Shown: positions 9,606-18,847, numbered from the stretch's first letter. The stretch is DNA of 32,000 nucleotides from Bifidobacterium longum subsp. longum JCM 1217 (GCF_000196555.1 NC_015067.1:300001-332000), one strand, 5' to 3'. Notes: generated from the sequence alone by a model not told the origin. Numbers and translations are program-made.

Positions 9606-9853
9606 GTCGTATCTGATGCAAATACATCAACTATCACATTGCAGTTGTAGTATTGCCGTCAACGTTCACATGCACGCTGACGATATATGAGATGAAAGAG
9701 GCATCACTGGGTTCGATTGTTTTGGGAGTGGGCAGTGGTGCGGCCATGTTCGGCGATGCGGATGCCAGCCATATCCTCACCGGCGACTATGACATCTGAG
9801 ATATCTGACTTTGCGCATCGTGCAAAGCCGTAATCGGGAGTATCCTCGAATCT

Positions 9854-10243
9854 ATGAGCGAAACGAGCAGCGACTGGCAAAGGACCACCATCGACTCCGC
9901 CCAGGCGGCGGCCCACCCGGAAACCGCACAAGCGGTGGCGCGCATCAAAGCGCTGCGCCAAACCATCGATAACATCGATTCGGCGGTCATCGCATTACTG
10001 GCCGAGCGGTTCAAGGCCACCTCGCAGGTCGGCGTGCTCAAAGCCAACGCCGGATTCGCGCCCGAAGACACCAAGCGTGAGGACTATCAGATCGAACGCC
10101 TCCACCGCATCGCCATCGATGCCGGGCTTGATCCGGAAATTGCCGAAATGTACCGTGAATTCGTGGTTACCGAAGCCAAGAAGCGCCACCAGCGCATAGC
10201 CGATGCCGGTGGTGACCCGGGCGTACTCGACGTATTCGCCTGA
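9854..10243 (+). CDS. Chorismate mutase, AroQ class (129 aa)
   Basis: The translation ...ARIKALRQTIDNIDSAVIALLAERFKATSQVGVLKANAGFAPEDTKREDYQIERLHRIAIDAGLDPEIAEMYREFVVTEAKKRH fits the helical CM type 2 pattern (R..ID.ID..I..LL..R......K). Confidence 0.8.
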   Translation: MSETSSDWQRTTIDSAQAAAHPETAQAVARIKALRQTIDNIDSAVIALLAERFKATSQVGVLKANAGFAPEDTKREDYQIERLHRIAIDAGLDPEIAEMYREFVVTEAKKRHQRIADAGGDPGVLDVFA

Positions 10244-10364
10244 TTCGCCCGCAGCGAATGGGCACCTTTCGGATATTCGTCTATAGGGCAAGTTGCCTGC
10301 AGCGACTACATTAATACGGGAATGGAATGCCCGTAGTGGTCGACTGTATGAATGGGATACGTAG

Positions 10365-12449
10365 ATGAGATGTGGTGCCGCACTGGTCAGTTGCGCATTG
10401 TGCGTGGCTTCGATTCTCGGCGGTGCTTGGATGTCTCGTCCGACTCCGGTTGATTACGGTCCGGTGCTCGCTACGGCAAGTGATATGTACGCCGTCACCG
10501 ATGCCGAAGGGGAGCCGGTCCGTTGGTATGTGGTAGGGAAGGGCGGCGCCGGCAATGGCGCCAGTGCCGATTCCGGCAATAGCGGTTCCACTGATACCGA
10601 TTCCGCCAATAGTAATTCCGGCACGTCCAAGGTTTCTCGTATCCCCGCTTCCGCCGCCACCCTGCCATGGAAAGTCAGCGTCACCTACTCGCTTGACGGT
10701 CCGAACGTCGAGGCAAACGAGGTTGCCGGCGCGTCTGGACTGATCGGCGTGTATATCGATATTAAGCCGCAAACCAAGGAAGCCAACCGTACGATCCCGG
10801 TTGTCGCCTTTACCGTGCCTACGCAGGTAGCCGATGATGTTTCCGCTGACAACTCCATTACGGTGACCACGCAAGGTTCCAATACCGTAGTCGCCGCAGC
10901 TGGAAAAGCCGCAACCGGCTTGGAATTCAGCTGCTATATGAACGCCAAAGACTTCTCCATGAGTTCCGTGGCGCTCGCCGTATTGCCTTCCAATTCCAGC
11001 AGTCCGGCAGTTGGTGCTAATCCCGATGCCGCGAATGCTGCGAATGCTGCCGCACAGCCTGCTGCCGATACGGATGTCGCCCAACTCACCGCCTCTGCCG
11101 CCACACTGGTCGATTCACTGACCGACGCCGGTTCTGGTGAACAGCAACAGCTCATCGAGCAGCTTCAAACCCTGCGCGATAACGAACGTGCGCTGAACAA
11201 GTCTGTAGTGGCCGAACGCGAAACCGCCCATAAGCGGACGTTTGAAGACTATATGGCCGCGTATGTGGGCTCATATACCACGCACCTGTCTGGATCGATT
11301 GGCACCTCCACCCAGTTGCCGGCGTTGATGGGCACGGCCGGCGAACTGTCCGGGGACACGCCTTTGGCTCAAGCCGTACTCGACTTGGCCAACGCGGTGA
11401 ACAACGTCAGTGCCGCACATCAGCATGCCGGTGCGGTCGATGCGTTGGACGAGGTGATTCGCCGCATCCAGCAGCAAGGCACCACCGGACTGGTGGATGA
11501 TCTGATCGCCGAGGCTTCGGAGGAAGCCACTCAAGGCTCCAAGCAATACGCCGATGGCCAGAGCCAGCTCTCCGCCGCAATGATTCCGTATTCGATGAAA
11601 TACACGGACGTTTACACGGCCAATTTGAGCGCCCTGACCGGCGGCACGTCCTCGGGCGCCACCGCTTACGAGAGCCAAGCCATCGCCGAAACCAACGGTA
11701 GCGATGAACTCGCCGACGCTCAATCCAAGGTCGATGCCGCGATGAGCACGCTTGCCACCGCCTCCGAGCATACGGGCAAAGCCACGGCCTTGCGCCAGAT
11801 TGTATTGCGATTCTCCGATCAGTTCGAAGGCGGCGCGTCCTCGGCTTCCGGCAGTGATGGTGATGGTTCGTCCGGTGATGTCTCTTCCGATCCGGTGACC
11901 GAGGCTCAGGCACTGACCGGCCTGGTCGATTCGCAATCGCAATCGTTCTACGGCAAGACCCGGGTCGCCCAAGCCAAGCGTAAGGCCGATGCCGCCCGTA
12001 AGCAGGCCAAAGCCGCGCAACAGCAGCAGTCGCAGCATTCCAAGGCCTCACTGGTCGATGACACCATGTCCATGTCTGCTGGCGATGTGATGAACTATGC
12101 GGGTGGTCTTACTTCGGCCATCGGTGGTGGTGATAAGTCCGACTCGTCTAAGAGCGCTGGTTCGGGAACGAACGACTCAGCCAAGTCGAGCGACACTGGC
12201 GATTCCGGCAACGGCAAGGCCTCCAACGCCAGCGATTCCGGCAACAATCTTGACACCGCTCCAGTACTGTTCGGCTTTGGCACTGGCGGCACGCTGTTCA
12301 AGCACGATATGAACGCGCTGATTAATGAGACCGTGAAAATCAGTGATGCTGGCACGCTCTTGGCGCAGGCCGTCGCGCAGCTCGACAGCCCCAATACGCA
12401 ACAAAAAACCGCCGAAACCCGATATCTCATCGTGATTCCGACGGTGTGA
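10365..12449 (+). CDS. Uncharacterised secreted or membrane-anchored protein (694 aa). It has an N-terminal hydrophobic segment, a beta-rich region, a long Ala/Gln-rich helical region and a S/D/G-rich low-complexity stretch.
   Basis: Long ORF with coding-like high GC3. The N-terminus is MRCGAALVSCALCVASILGGAW. I recognise no catalytic motif. The start (ATG 10365 versus ATG 10431) is unresolved. Confidence 0.6.
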   Translation: MRCGAALVSCALCVASILGGAWMSRPTPVDYGPVLATASDMYAVTDAEGEPVRWYVVGKGGAGNGASADSGNSGSTDTDSANSNSGTSKVSRIPASAATLPWKVSVTYSLDGPNVEANEVAGASGLIGVYIDIKPQTKEANRTIPVVAFTVPTQVADDVSADNSITVTTQGSNTVVAAAGKAATGLEFSCYMNAKDFSMSSVALAVLPSNSSSPAVGANPDAANAANAAAQPAADTDVAQLTASAATLVDSLTDAGSGEQQQLIEQLQTLRDNERALNKSVVAERETAHKRTFEDYMAAYVGSYTTHLSGSIGTSTQLPALMGTAGELSGDTPLAQAVLDLANAVNNVSAAHQHAGAVDALDEVIRRIQQQGTTGLVDDLIAEASEEATQGSKQYADGQSQLSAAMIPYSMKYTDVYTANLSALTGGTSSGATAYESQAIAETNGSDELADAQSKVDAAMSTLATASEHTGKATALRQIVLRFSDQFEGGASSASGSDGDGSSGDVSSDPVTEAQALTGLVDSQSQSFYGKTRVAQAKRKADAARKQAKAAQQQQSQHSKASLVDDTMSMSAGDVMNYAGGLTSAIGGGDKSDSSKSAGSGTNDSAKSSDTGDSGNGKASNASDSGNNLDTAPVLFGFGTGGTLFKHDMNALINETVKISDAGTLLAQAVAQLDSPNTQQKTAETRYLIVIPTV

Positions 12450-12502
12450 TGGTGTATGCGGGATATTTGCGTGCCGTCCCACAGTCGTGTCATCCGAACG
12501 TC

Positions 12503-12546
12503 AAAAAACAAAAGAGGGGAACCTCAATAGGTTCCCCTCTTTTGTT
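12503..12546. terminator. Bidirectional intrinsic terminator at the convergence of the 694-aa gene (+) and valS (-)
   Basis: aaagaggggaacc (12511-12523) pairs perfectly with ggttcccctcttt (12530-12542): 13 bp with a 6-nt loop. An A-run lies upstream and a T-run downstream, so it reads as a terminator on both strands. Confidence 0.85.
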
Positions 12547-12699
12547 GTTGTGCGTAACGTTCAGTGCTTTGGCTTCTTAGCTGGCCGAGCCGTTAAGCGG
12601 GAAGCCCGGTGGGCTTCCCGTAGGCTCGGAACGAGCGGCATTGCCGTGAGACCTACTGTTGTTGTGCGTAACGTTCAGTGCTTTGGCTTCTTAGCTGGC
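12543..12699. repeat. Perfect 43-bp direct repeat (12543-12585 and 12657-12699) flanking a 71-bp unique insert. The right copy is the genuine valS 3' end (last 8 codons plus stop).
   Basis: Both copies read tgttgttgtgcgtaacgttcagtgctttggcttcttagctggc. The insert contains a two-tier hairpin: ccgagcc (12585-12591) pairs with ggctcgg (12623-12629), and gggaagccc (12599-12607) pairs with gggcttccc (12611-12619). Confidence 0.9.
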
Positions 12700-15410
12700 G
12701 GCTCACCGAGCTCGCTGGCTTCGACGGCGACCTCGGTTTCGGGCGTGCCTTCGGCGGCGGATTCCTCGGCGTGCTTGGCCACCAAGTCGAACTTGCCGAC
12801 CACGCGACCGGCCTGCGCGATATCGCCCAAGGCGGCGTGAATCGCTTCCACACCTTCCGAAGCAGCGGACAGTGCCACAGACAGGATTGGGGTCTTCATG
12901 GAGACCTTGGCCTCGGACTTGATCTTACGCAGCTGCTCCACGGCCTTGCCGGCCCAAGTCAGCAGCTCGGGGGAAGCACCGGTGGCGGCCTCGACATACG
13001 GGTCCACGACCGGCCAGGCGGCGCGATGCACGGAACCGGAACCGGCGTGCATCCAGCTCCACACTTCCTCGGTGGCGTACGGCAGGTACGGGGCCAGCAG
13101 ACGTGCGAAGGCGTCCAGGCCCAGACCCAGAGCGGTGCGGGCGGACTTCACAGCCTTCTCGGACGGCACATTGCCGTGCTCGTCCGGAGTGCCATAGGCG
13201 CGGTTCTTGACCAGCTCGATGTAGTCGTCGCAGAACTGCCAGAAGTAGGACTCGATGACTTCCAGCGCCTTGGAATGCTCGTAGGATTCCAGCGCCTCGG
13301 TGGCCTGACGCACCACCAAAGCCAGCTTGGCCATAGCGGCGCGATCCAGCGGTTCGGTCACATCGGCCGGGTTCCACGCGGCCTCGGCGGCAGCGCCCAC
13401 GTGATGGTTCTCGTCCTCACGGCCGATGGCCAGCGCGAACTTGGTGGCGTTCAGCAGCTTGATGGCCAGTCGACGGCCAATCTTCATCTGGCCGATGTCG
13501 TACGTGGCATCGAGGCCTAGGCGAGCGGCGGCGGCCCAGTAACGCACGGCGTCCGCGCCGAACTTCTCGATCGGCTCGTTCGGCACCACGACGTTGCCCT
13601 TGGACTTCGACATCTTCTTGTGGTCGGGGTCCAGAATCCAGCCGGACAGCGTGGCATGGGCCCACGGCAGGCACTTGTTCTCCAAGTGCGCGCGGTCCAC
13701 AGTCGAGAACAGCCAGGTGCGGATGATGTCCTGACCCTGCGGGCGCAGGTCCATCGGGAAGGTGGAAGCGAACAGGGCCTTGGAGGCCTCGTCCGGCTCG
13801 GCCCAGTGGGTCACGATCTGCGGGGTCAGCGAAGAGGTGGCCCAGGTGTCCATGATGTCCTTTTCGGCGGTGAAACCACCGGGCACATCACGCTGGGACT
13901 CGTCGTAGCCCTCCGGCACGTCGATGGTCGGGTCGATCGGCAGACGATCCTCGGACGGAGTGATCGGGTGATCGTAATCCGGCTCGCCGGAAGCGTTCAC
14001 CGGGTACCACAGCGGGAACGGGACGCCGAAGAAGCGCTGACGGGAGATCAGCCAGTCGCCGTTCAGGCCGTGCACCCAGTTCTCATAACGCACGCGCATG
14101 AAGTCGGGGTGGAACTCGAGTTCCTTGCCACGCTCGATAAGCTCGGCGTTCAGCTTGGCGTCGGTACCGCCGTTCTTCAAATACCACTGGCGGGAGGTGA
14201 CGATCTCGAGCGGCTTGTCGCCCTTCTCGTAGAAGTTCGTCATACGCTTGGTCGGGGTCGGCTCGCCGTCCAGATCGCCGGACTCGCGCAGCTTGTCGAC
14301 GATGATCTTGCGGGCGGAGAACGTGGTCTTGCCAGCGGTTTCGGCAAAGACCTCGCGGCCGGCCGGGTCCTCGATCCAGTCCGGGGTATCCATCACGATA
14401 CGGCCGTTGCGCTGGATGATCGGGCGGGTGGGCAGCTTCAGGTCGCGCCACCACTCGACGTCGGTTACATCACCGAACGTACAGCACATGGCGATACCGG
14501 CACCCTTGTCCATTTCGGCGGCCGGGTGCGCCAGAATCGGCACCTTGACCTTGAACAGAGGGGAGTAGACGTACTGGCCGAAGTACTGCTTGTAGCGTTC
14601 GTCGTTCGGGTTGGCGATCAGCGAGGTGCAGGCCGCCAGCAGTTCGGGGCGGGTGGTCTCGATGTAGATCGGGGTGCCGTCCTCAAAGCGGAAGGCCACC
14701 TTGTGGTAGAAGCCGGGGTATTCGCGCGATTCGAGCTCGGCCTGGGCCACGGCGGTCTGGAAGGTCACATCCCACAGGCCGGGGGCGTCCTGCTGGTAGG
14801 CCTCGCCACGGGCGAGGTTGCGCAGGAAGGCCTTCTGGGCCACACGCTGCGGGTGCTGACCGATGGTGTGGTAGGTCTGCGACCAGTCGATGGACAGACC
14901 CAGCTTGCGCCACAGGGCCTCAAACAGCTTCTCATCCTGAGCAGTCAGACGCTCGCACAGCTCGATGAAGTTCTTGCGGGAAATCGGCACCTGATCCTTG
15001 GCGTCAATCTTCTTGCCATCAGTGCCTTCAAACGGCGGCTTGAAGTCCGGGTCGTAAGGCAGAGACACGTCCACGCGCACGCCATAGTAGTTCTGCACGC
15101 GGCGCTCGGTAGGCAGGCCGTTGTCATCCCAACCCATCGGGTAGAACACGTCGTAGCCGCGCATGCGCTTGTAGCGCGCAATCACATCGGTGTGCGTGTA
15201 AGAGAACACGTGACCCACGTGCAGCGAACCGGAGACGGTGGGCGGCGGGGTGTCGATGGAGTAGACGGCCTTGCGGTCGCGGGTGTTGCGGAATTTGTAG
15301 GTGCCGTCTTCATCCCAGACGGTGCGCCACTTGTCCTCAAGTCCGTCCACGCCGACCTTGTCGGGCAGCGGGGTGAGGTTGGCGTTGATGATGGATTTGC
15401 CTTCAGTCAT
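12675..15410 (-). CDS. valS: Valine--tRNA ligase (911 aa)
   Basis: The real start is ATG 15410 (MTEGKSIINANLTPLPDKV...); the track start at 15515 adds an implausible leader. HIGH-type motif SLHVGHVFSY. KMSKS motif HKKMSKSKGN. Also GWDDNGLPTERRVQNYYGV. Stop TGA at 12675-12677. Confidence 0.9.
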   Translation of the reverse strand: MTEGKSIINANLTPLPDKVGVDGLEDKWRTVWDEDGTYKFRNTRDRKAVYSIDTPPPTVSGSLHVGHVFSYTHTDVIARYKRMRGYDVFYPMGWDDNGLPTERRVQNYYGVRVDVSLPYDPDFKPPFEGTDGKKIDAKDQVPISRKNFIELCERLTAQDEKLFEALWRKLGLSIDWSQTYHTIGQHPQRVAQKAFLRNLARGEAYQQDAPGLWDVTFQTAVAQAELESREYPGFYHKVAFRFEDGTPIYIETTRPELLAACTSLIANPNDERYKQYFGQYVYSPLFKVKVPILAHPAAEMDKGAGIAMCCTFGDVTDVEWWRDLKLPTRPIIQRNGRIVMDTPDWIEDPAGREVFAETAGKTTFSARKIIVDKLRESGDLDGEPTPTKRMTNFYEKGDKPLEIVTSRQWYLKNGGTDAKLNAELIERGKELEFHPDFMRVRYENWVHGLNGDWLISRQRFFGVPFPLWYPVNASGEPDYDHPITPSEDRLPIDPTIDVPEGYDESQRDVPGGFTAEKDIMDTWATSSLTPQIVTHWAEPDEASKALFASTFPMDLRPQGQDIIRTWLFSTVDRAHLENKCLPWAHATLSGWILDPDHKKMSKSKGNVVVPNEPIEKFGADAVRYWAAAARLGLDATYDIGQMKIGRRLAIKLLNATKFALAIGREDENHHVGAAAEAAWNPADVTEPLDRAAMAKLALVVRQATEALESYEHSKALEVIESYFWQFCDDYIELVKNRAYGTPDEHGNVPSEKAVKSARTALGLGLDAFARLLAPYLPYATEEVWSWMHAGSGSVHRAAWPVVDPYVEAATGASPELLTWAGKAVEQLRKIKSEAKVSMKTPILSVALSAASEGVEAIHAALGDIAQAGRVVGKFDLVAKHAEESAAEGTPETEVAVEASELGEPPAKKPKH

Positions 15411-15553
15411 AAGGCCAAAGTTTATGCACGTTGCATGACAAGCCGAACTGTACAGTAAACAGCCCAGTAGGCTGTTCGCAGGCGAGGTACGAACGATCGA
15501 ACGATAGTGAGCCAAGGACTATCGGGCGTAGCCCGTCCGTGACTGAAGGTTGC

Positions 15554-17080
15554 CTACTTCACCGTCAACCCGGCCAGCGGCATGCGGCGATTGATCATCG
15601 AGGTCGGGTAGCCGGAGACCTTGGTGGACGCCACAGTGAAGCATTTGCGGGTATACAGCCAATCACTGGCCGCATCCTCGCTGATCAGCCGGGCGTACGC
15701 CTTCATTCGTGCCTCATAATCGGCGTCATTAGTGGCGGCGCGAGCATCCGCATAGGCCTGTTGCGCTTCGGTATGGTCGTAATGGAACATGGAATCGGGG
15801 TCGGCGAATATGCCGGCATCATCCGTGCCGTCCATGCTCATCACGGTCAGTTCCCATTTGCCGTCCTTGATTCGTTTGGCATAATCCTCATCGGAGAGCA
15901 CTTCAAGGTTCACCGTGGGGCGCGGCTGCCGCTCGATCTGCTGCTTGATGGTTTCGGCCAACGACCGGTATTCTTCGGGAACCACCAGATTCACCGTAGT
16001 CAGGTATTGCGCACCAAAGTAGGAGAACATCTGCCCAGCTTGGTTTTCGTCATGCGGGTACAGTCCGGTCAAATCTTCGTATCCGGGTTCCAGCAGGCTG
16101 ATGGGGCCGCCCAATGCTCCGGCTGCGTCGGGTTGGGCGGAGGCGATGCCGGCTGCGTCGATTTGATAGCGGAAGGCTTTACGCGCCTGTTCGTCGGAGA
16201 GCAGCGAATCGGTGCCGTTGTTGTAGGCCAGCAGCACCTTATCCGTAGTGGCCCCCTCCTTGACGGTCAGGCCATCCTTGCCGTTCAAGCCGGTGGCCGT
16301 CGAAGCCGAAACCGGTGCCGCCATATCGAGACTGCCGTCGGTCAGGGCCTTGCTGAGCGCATCGGCGTCGGAGTATTGCATAAATTCAACGACATTGCTG
16401 GCCGCTTTGGTGCCATGGTAGGTATCGCTGCGCGCCAGCTTCAGGGAATGGCCAGGCTGGAAATCGGCCACGGTGAATGGTCCGGAACCTATGGCCTTGC
16501 GTTGATAATCGGCACTGGACGACTCGGAATCGTAGACAATGCCGAGTCTGCCGGACAGCGCTCGCAGCAGCGTCGGATTGGGCTTGGCAAGCGTAATGAC
16601 CACCGTGGTGGCGTTCGGATTGGCGACCGACGCCAGATCGCCCAATTCGTCGACGTCCGCCACCTTGTTGGTCACGTTCTGTTGCAACGACCACACGGCG
16701 TCCGAGGCGTCCAACGTATGGCCGTTCGAGAAGGTGACGCCCGATTGCAGTGTCAGGGTGACGGTCAGTCCGTCATCGGAAGTCTTCCAGCTTGTCGCCA
16801 GTCCCGGCTGAAGCTTGTTGTCTTGATCGACGGTCACTAATGTCTCATACACATTGTCGACGAGCAGGCGTTCGGCTGCCGCAGAGGAATCGGACCGAAT
16901 ATCCAAGGATTGCGGCATATCGTCGATGCCAATGGTCACATCGGCATCGAGGGATGATCCCGGCTGGAACCGGTTTTGCATGAACGTCCATCCCACAACC
17001 ACGAGTGCGCCGAGTGCCACGGCGACTCCGAGAAAAATCCCCCACTTGGACCATGTATTGTCCCGCTTGCTGTGCTGCAT
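15554..17080 (-). CDS. ABC-transporter solute-binding protein, family 5 (peptide/nickel type), membrane-anchored (508 aa)
   Basis: The N-terminal TM/signal anchor is WSKWGIFLGVAVALGALVVVGWTF, with no lipobox Cys. The translation ...ERLLVDNVYETLVTVDQDNKLQPGLATSWKTSDDGLTVTLTLQSGVTFSNGHTLDASDAVWSL is typical of SBP_bac_5. Confidence 0.8.
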   Translation of the reverse strand: MQHSKRDNTWSKWGIFLGVAVALGALVVVGWTFMQNRFQPGSSLDADVTIGIDDMPQSLDIRSDSSAAAERLLVDNVYETLVTVDQDNKLQPGLATSWKTSDDGLTVTLTLQSGVTFSNGHTLDASDAVWSLQQNVTNKVADVDELGDLASVANPNATTVVITLAKPNPTLLRALSGRLGIVYDSESSSADYQRKAIGSGPFTVADFQPGHSLKLARSDTYHGTKAASNVVEFMQYSDADALSKALTDGSLDMAAPVSASTATGLNGKDGLTVKEGATTDKVLLAYNNGTDSLLSDEQARKAFRYQIDAAGIASAQPDAAGALGGPISLLEPGYEDLTGLYPHDENQAGQMFSYFGAQYLTTVNLVVPEEYRSLAETIKQQIERQPRPTVNLEVLSDEDYAKRIKDGKWELTVMSMDGTDDAGIFADPDSMFHYDHTEAQQAYADARAATNDADYEARMKAYARLISEDAASDWLYTRKCFTVASTKVSGYPTSMINRRMPLAGLTVK

Positions 17081-17141
17081 GGTTTTCAGTCTAGCGGTGG
17101 ATTCAGCCTAGAATCCGCAATTCACCATGATGAGGTATGAG

Positions 17142-17828
17142 TTAGCGCTTGGACGTGCTCTTGCCGGCGGGCGGCGCATAGCTAGGGCAGGTGTCGGACA
17201 GCGGGCAGTTGGCGCAGTCAGGGGTACGTGCGTGGCAGGTGGCCCGGCCGAACAGAATCAGTCGGTGGCTGAGATTCGTCCACTCTTCGGGCGGAAAACA
17301 GGAGGTGATTTCCTTCTCGATTTTCACGGGATCGGGGTGTGCGGACCGCCAATCCGACCGCCAACGCAGTCGTCCGGTTACGCGCATCACATGCGTATCG
17401 ACCGGGAATCCGGGGATATCGAACGCGTTGCCGAGCACGACGTTCGCGGTTTTGCGGCCGACCCCCGGCAAGCTGGTCAGTTCATCCATCGTGCGCGGCA
17501 CCACGCCGCCGAATCGTTCGTCCAGTGCCGTGGCCAGTCCGATGAGATGCTGGGTTTTCGAACGATAGAACCCCAGCGGATGAATGATGTCTTCGACTTG
17601 GGCCGGGTTTGCGGCCGCCAAGTCACGGGCGGTGGGGTAGGTGGCGAACAGTTCCGGGGTGACCGTGTTGACACGCTTGTCGGTGGTCTGGGCGCTGAGC
17701 ACGGTGGCGATCAGCAATTCGAGCGGATTCGAGAAATGCAGTGCGCAAGCGGGTGCCGGAATCACCTGGCGCAGAATGTCGTATTCGTCATGCATGCGCG
17801 TGAGACGCGCGGATTTGGTTTCTCTCAT
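17142..17828 (-). CDS. nth: Endonuclease III (DNA glycosylase/AP lyase), 228 aa
   Basis: HhH-GPD region LIATVLSAQTTDKRVN...LTSLPGVGRKTANVVLGNAF...VDTHVMRV. The C-terminal 4Fe-4S cluster loop is CHARTPDCANCPLSDTC. Confidence 0.92.
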   Translation of the reverse strand: MRETKSARLTRMHDEYDILRQVIPAPACALHFSNPLELLIATVLSAQTTDKRVNTVTPELFATYPTARDLAAANPAQVEDIIHPLGFYRSKTQHLIGLATALDERFGGVVPRTMDELTSLPGVGRKTANVVLGNAFDIPGFPVDTHVMRVTGRLRWRSDWRSAHPDPVKIEKEITSCFPPEEWTNLSHRLILFGRATCHARTPDCANCPLSDTCPSYAPPAGKSTSKR

Positions 17829-17886
17829 CGTATGGACCTAAGCGGCGTAATATCGATGATTGATAGTTTGCAGCGCCGCTGGTCTG

Positions 17887-18687
17887 TCAGGCGACGGTGT
17901 TGAGATCGGGAGTATCGTCATCGGTGTCGATGGCGGCAGAGGATGCTTTGGCGGCCTGCTGTGCGGCGGCAGTTTCCTTATCCGTCTCCGGCGGGTCGAA
18001 TCGGTAGCCCACGTTGCGCACGGTGCCGATGAGGTGTTCGTATTCGCCGCCGAGCTTGGCGCGCAGACGACGGATATGCACGTCGACCGTACGAGTGCCA
18101 CCGTAGTAGTCGTAGCCCCATACTTCCTGCAGCAACTGGGCGCGCGTGAACACGCGGCCGGGGTGCTGGACCAAGTACTTGAGGAGTTCGAACTCCTTGT
18201 ATGCCAGATCGATGGGGCGTCCATGCAGGGAGGCGGTATAGCCGTTGGTGTCCACAATGAGGTCGCCGGAGCGAATCTGGCCATCTTCCACCGTGGTGGT
18301 GGATTCGGCGGGAGAACCGGCTGCTGCGGCTGCGGGAGCGTTGCCGCGCTCGGAGACCAATCGCAATCGGCCCTCGACTTCGGCCGGGGAAGCGGTGGCG
18401 ACCACCACATCCGCAATGCCCCACTGGGAGTTGACCACGGTGAAGCCGCCTTCGGTCAGCACCAGCACGATTGGCGTGGACAGGCCGGAAGCGTGGATGA
18501 GGCGGCACAAGGTTTTGGCGGTCGCCAGATCGTCGCGTGCATCCAGAAACAGAATGGTGTTCTCCGGCATCTTCACCAAGCTGGCTGCATCCATCGGCAG
18601 TACGCGGACGCGATGAGAAAGCAGGGCGAGTGATGGCAAAACGGTGGCGGGGTCGCTGGCGAAAGTCATCAACGTAAGATCCGTCAC
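17887..18687 (-). CDS. OmpR/PhoB-family winged-helix regulator with an atypical (degenerate) receiver domain, GlnR-like (266 aa)
   Basis: GTG 18687 has AAGGGGGA about 7 nt upstream. The C-terminal trans_reg_C domain reads [55 protein letters not shown]...[11 protein letters not shown]. The receiver keeps an Asp in ILFLDARDD but lacks the N-terminal acidic pair and the conserved Lys. Confidence 0.7.
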   Translation of the reverse strand: MTDLTLMTFASDPATVLPSLALLSHRVRVLPMDAASLVKMPENTILFLDARDDLATAKTLCRLIHASGLSTPIVLVLTEGGFTVVNSQWGIADVVVATASPAEVEGRLRLVSERGNAPAAAAAGSPAESTTTVEDGQIRSGDLIVDTNGYTASLHGRPIDLAYKEFELLKYLVQHPGRVFTRAQLLQEVWGYDYYGGTRTVDVHIRRLRAKLGGEYEHLIGTVRNVGYRFDPPETDKETAAAQQAAKASSAAIDTDDDTPDLNTVA

Positions 18688-18847
18688 GCTAATCCCCCTT
18701 ATCCTGCAATGTGTTACGCAATTGCTCGGTGTGGCTGTACGAGTCGTCAGCGGCGTTATGCCGCTTTCGCACGGTTTTCATTATTCTACGCGCTTGTAGT
18801 GGACACATAGGTTACAAGTTTGCGGAATATGGAACGGTGGACGTCCA

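Noticed and set aside
9692-9799. 35-codon ORF (MKEASLGSIVLGVGSGAAMFGDADASHILTGDYDI) in the 307-bp rho-chorismate mutase spacer, considered as a leader peptide for aromatic amino-acid attenuation.
   Set aside because: It has no SD, no run of Phe/Tyr/Trp codons and no alternative terminator/antiterminator structure that I could find.
12487-12840. 117-aa plus-strand ORF containing the peptide VVVRNVQCFGFLAG twice.
   Set aside because: The internal repeat is just the 43-bp DNA duplication read in a non-genic frame. The ORF spans a terminator and runs antisense into valS.
15411-15553. T-box leader upstream of valS.
   Set aside because: Only 143 nt are available and part is the terminator-like hairpin of the upstream SBP gene (15469-15489). 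I saw no specifier-loop or T-box consensus (AAnnnGGGTGGTACCGCG-like) sequence.
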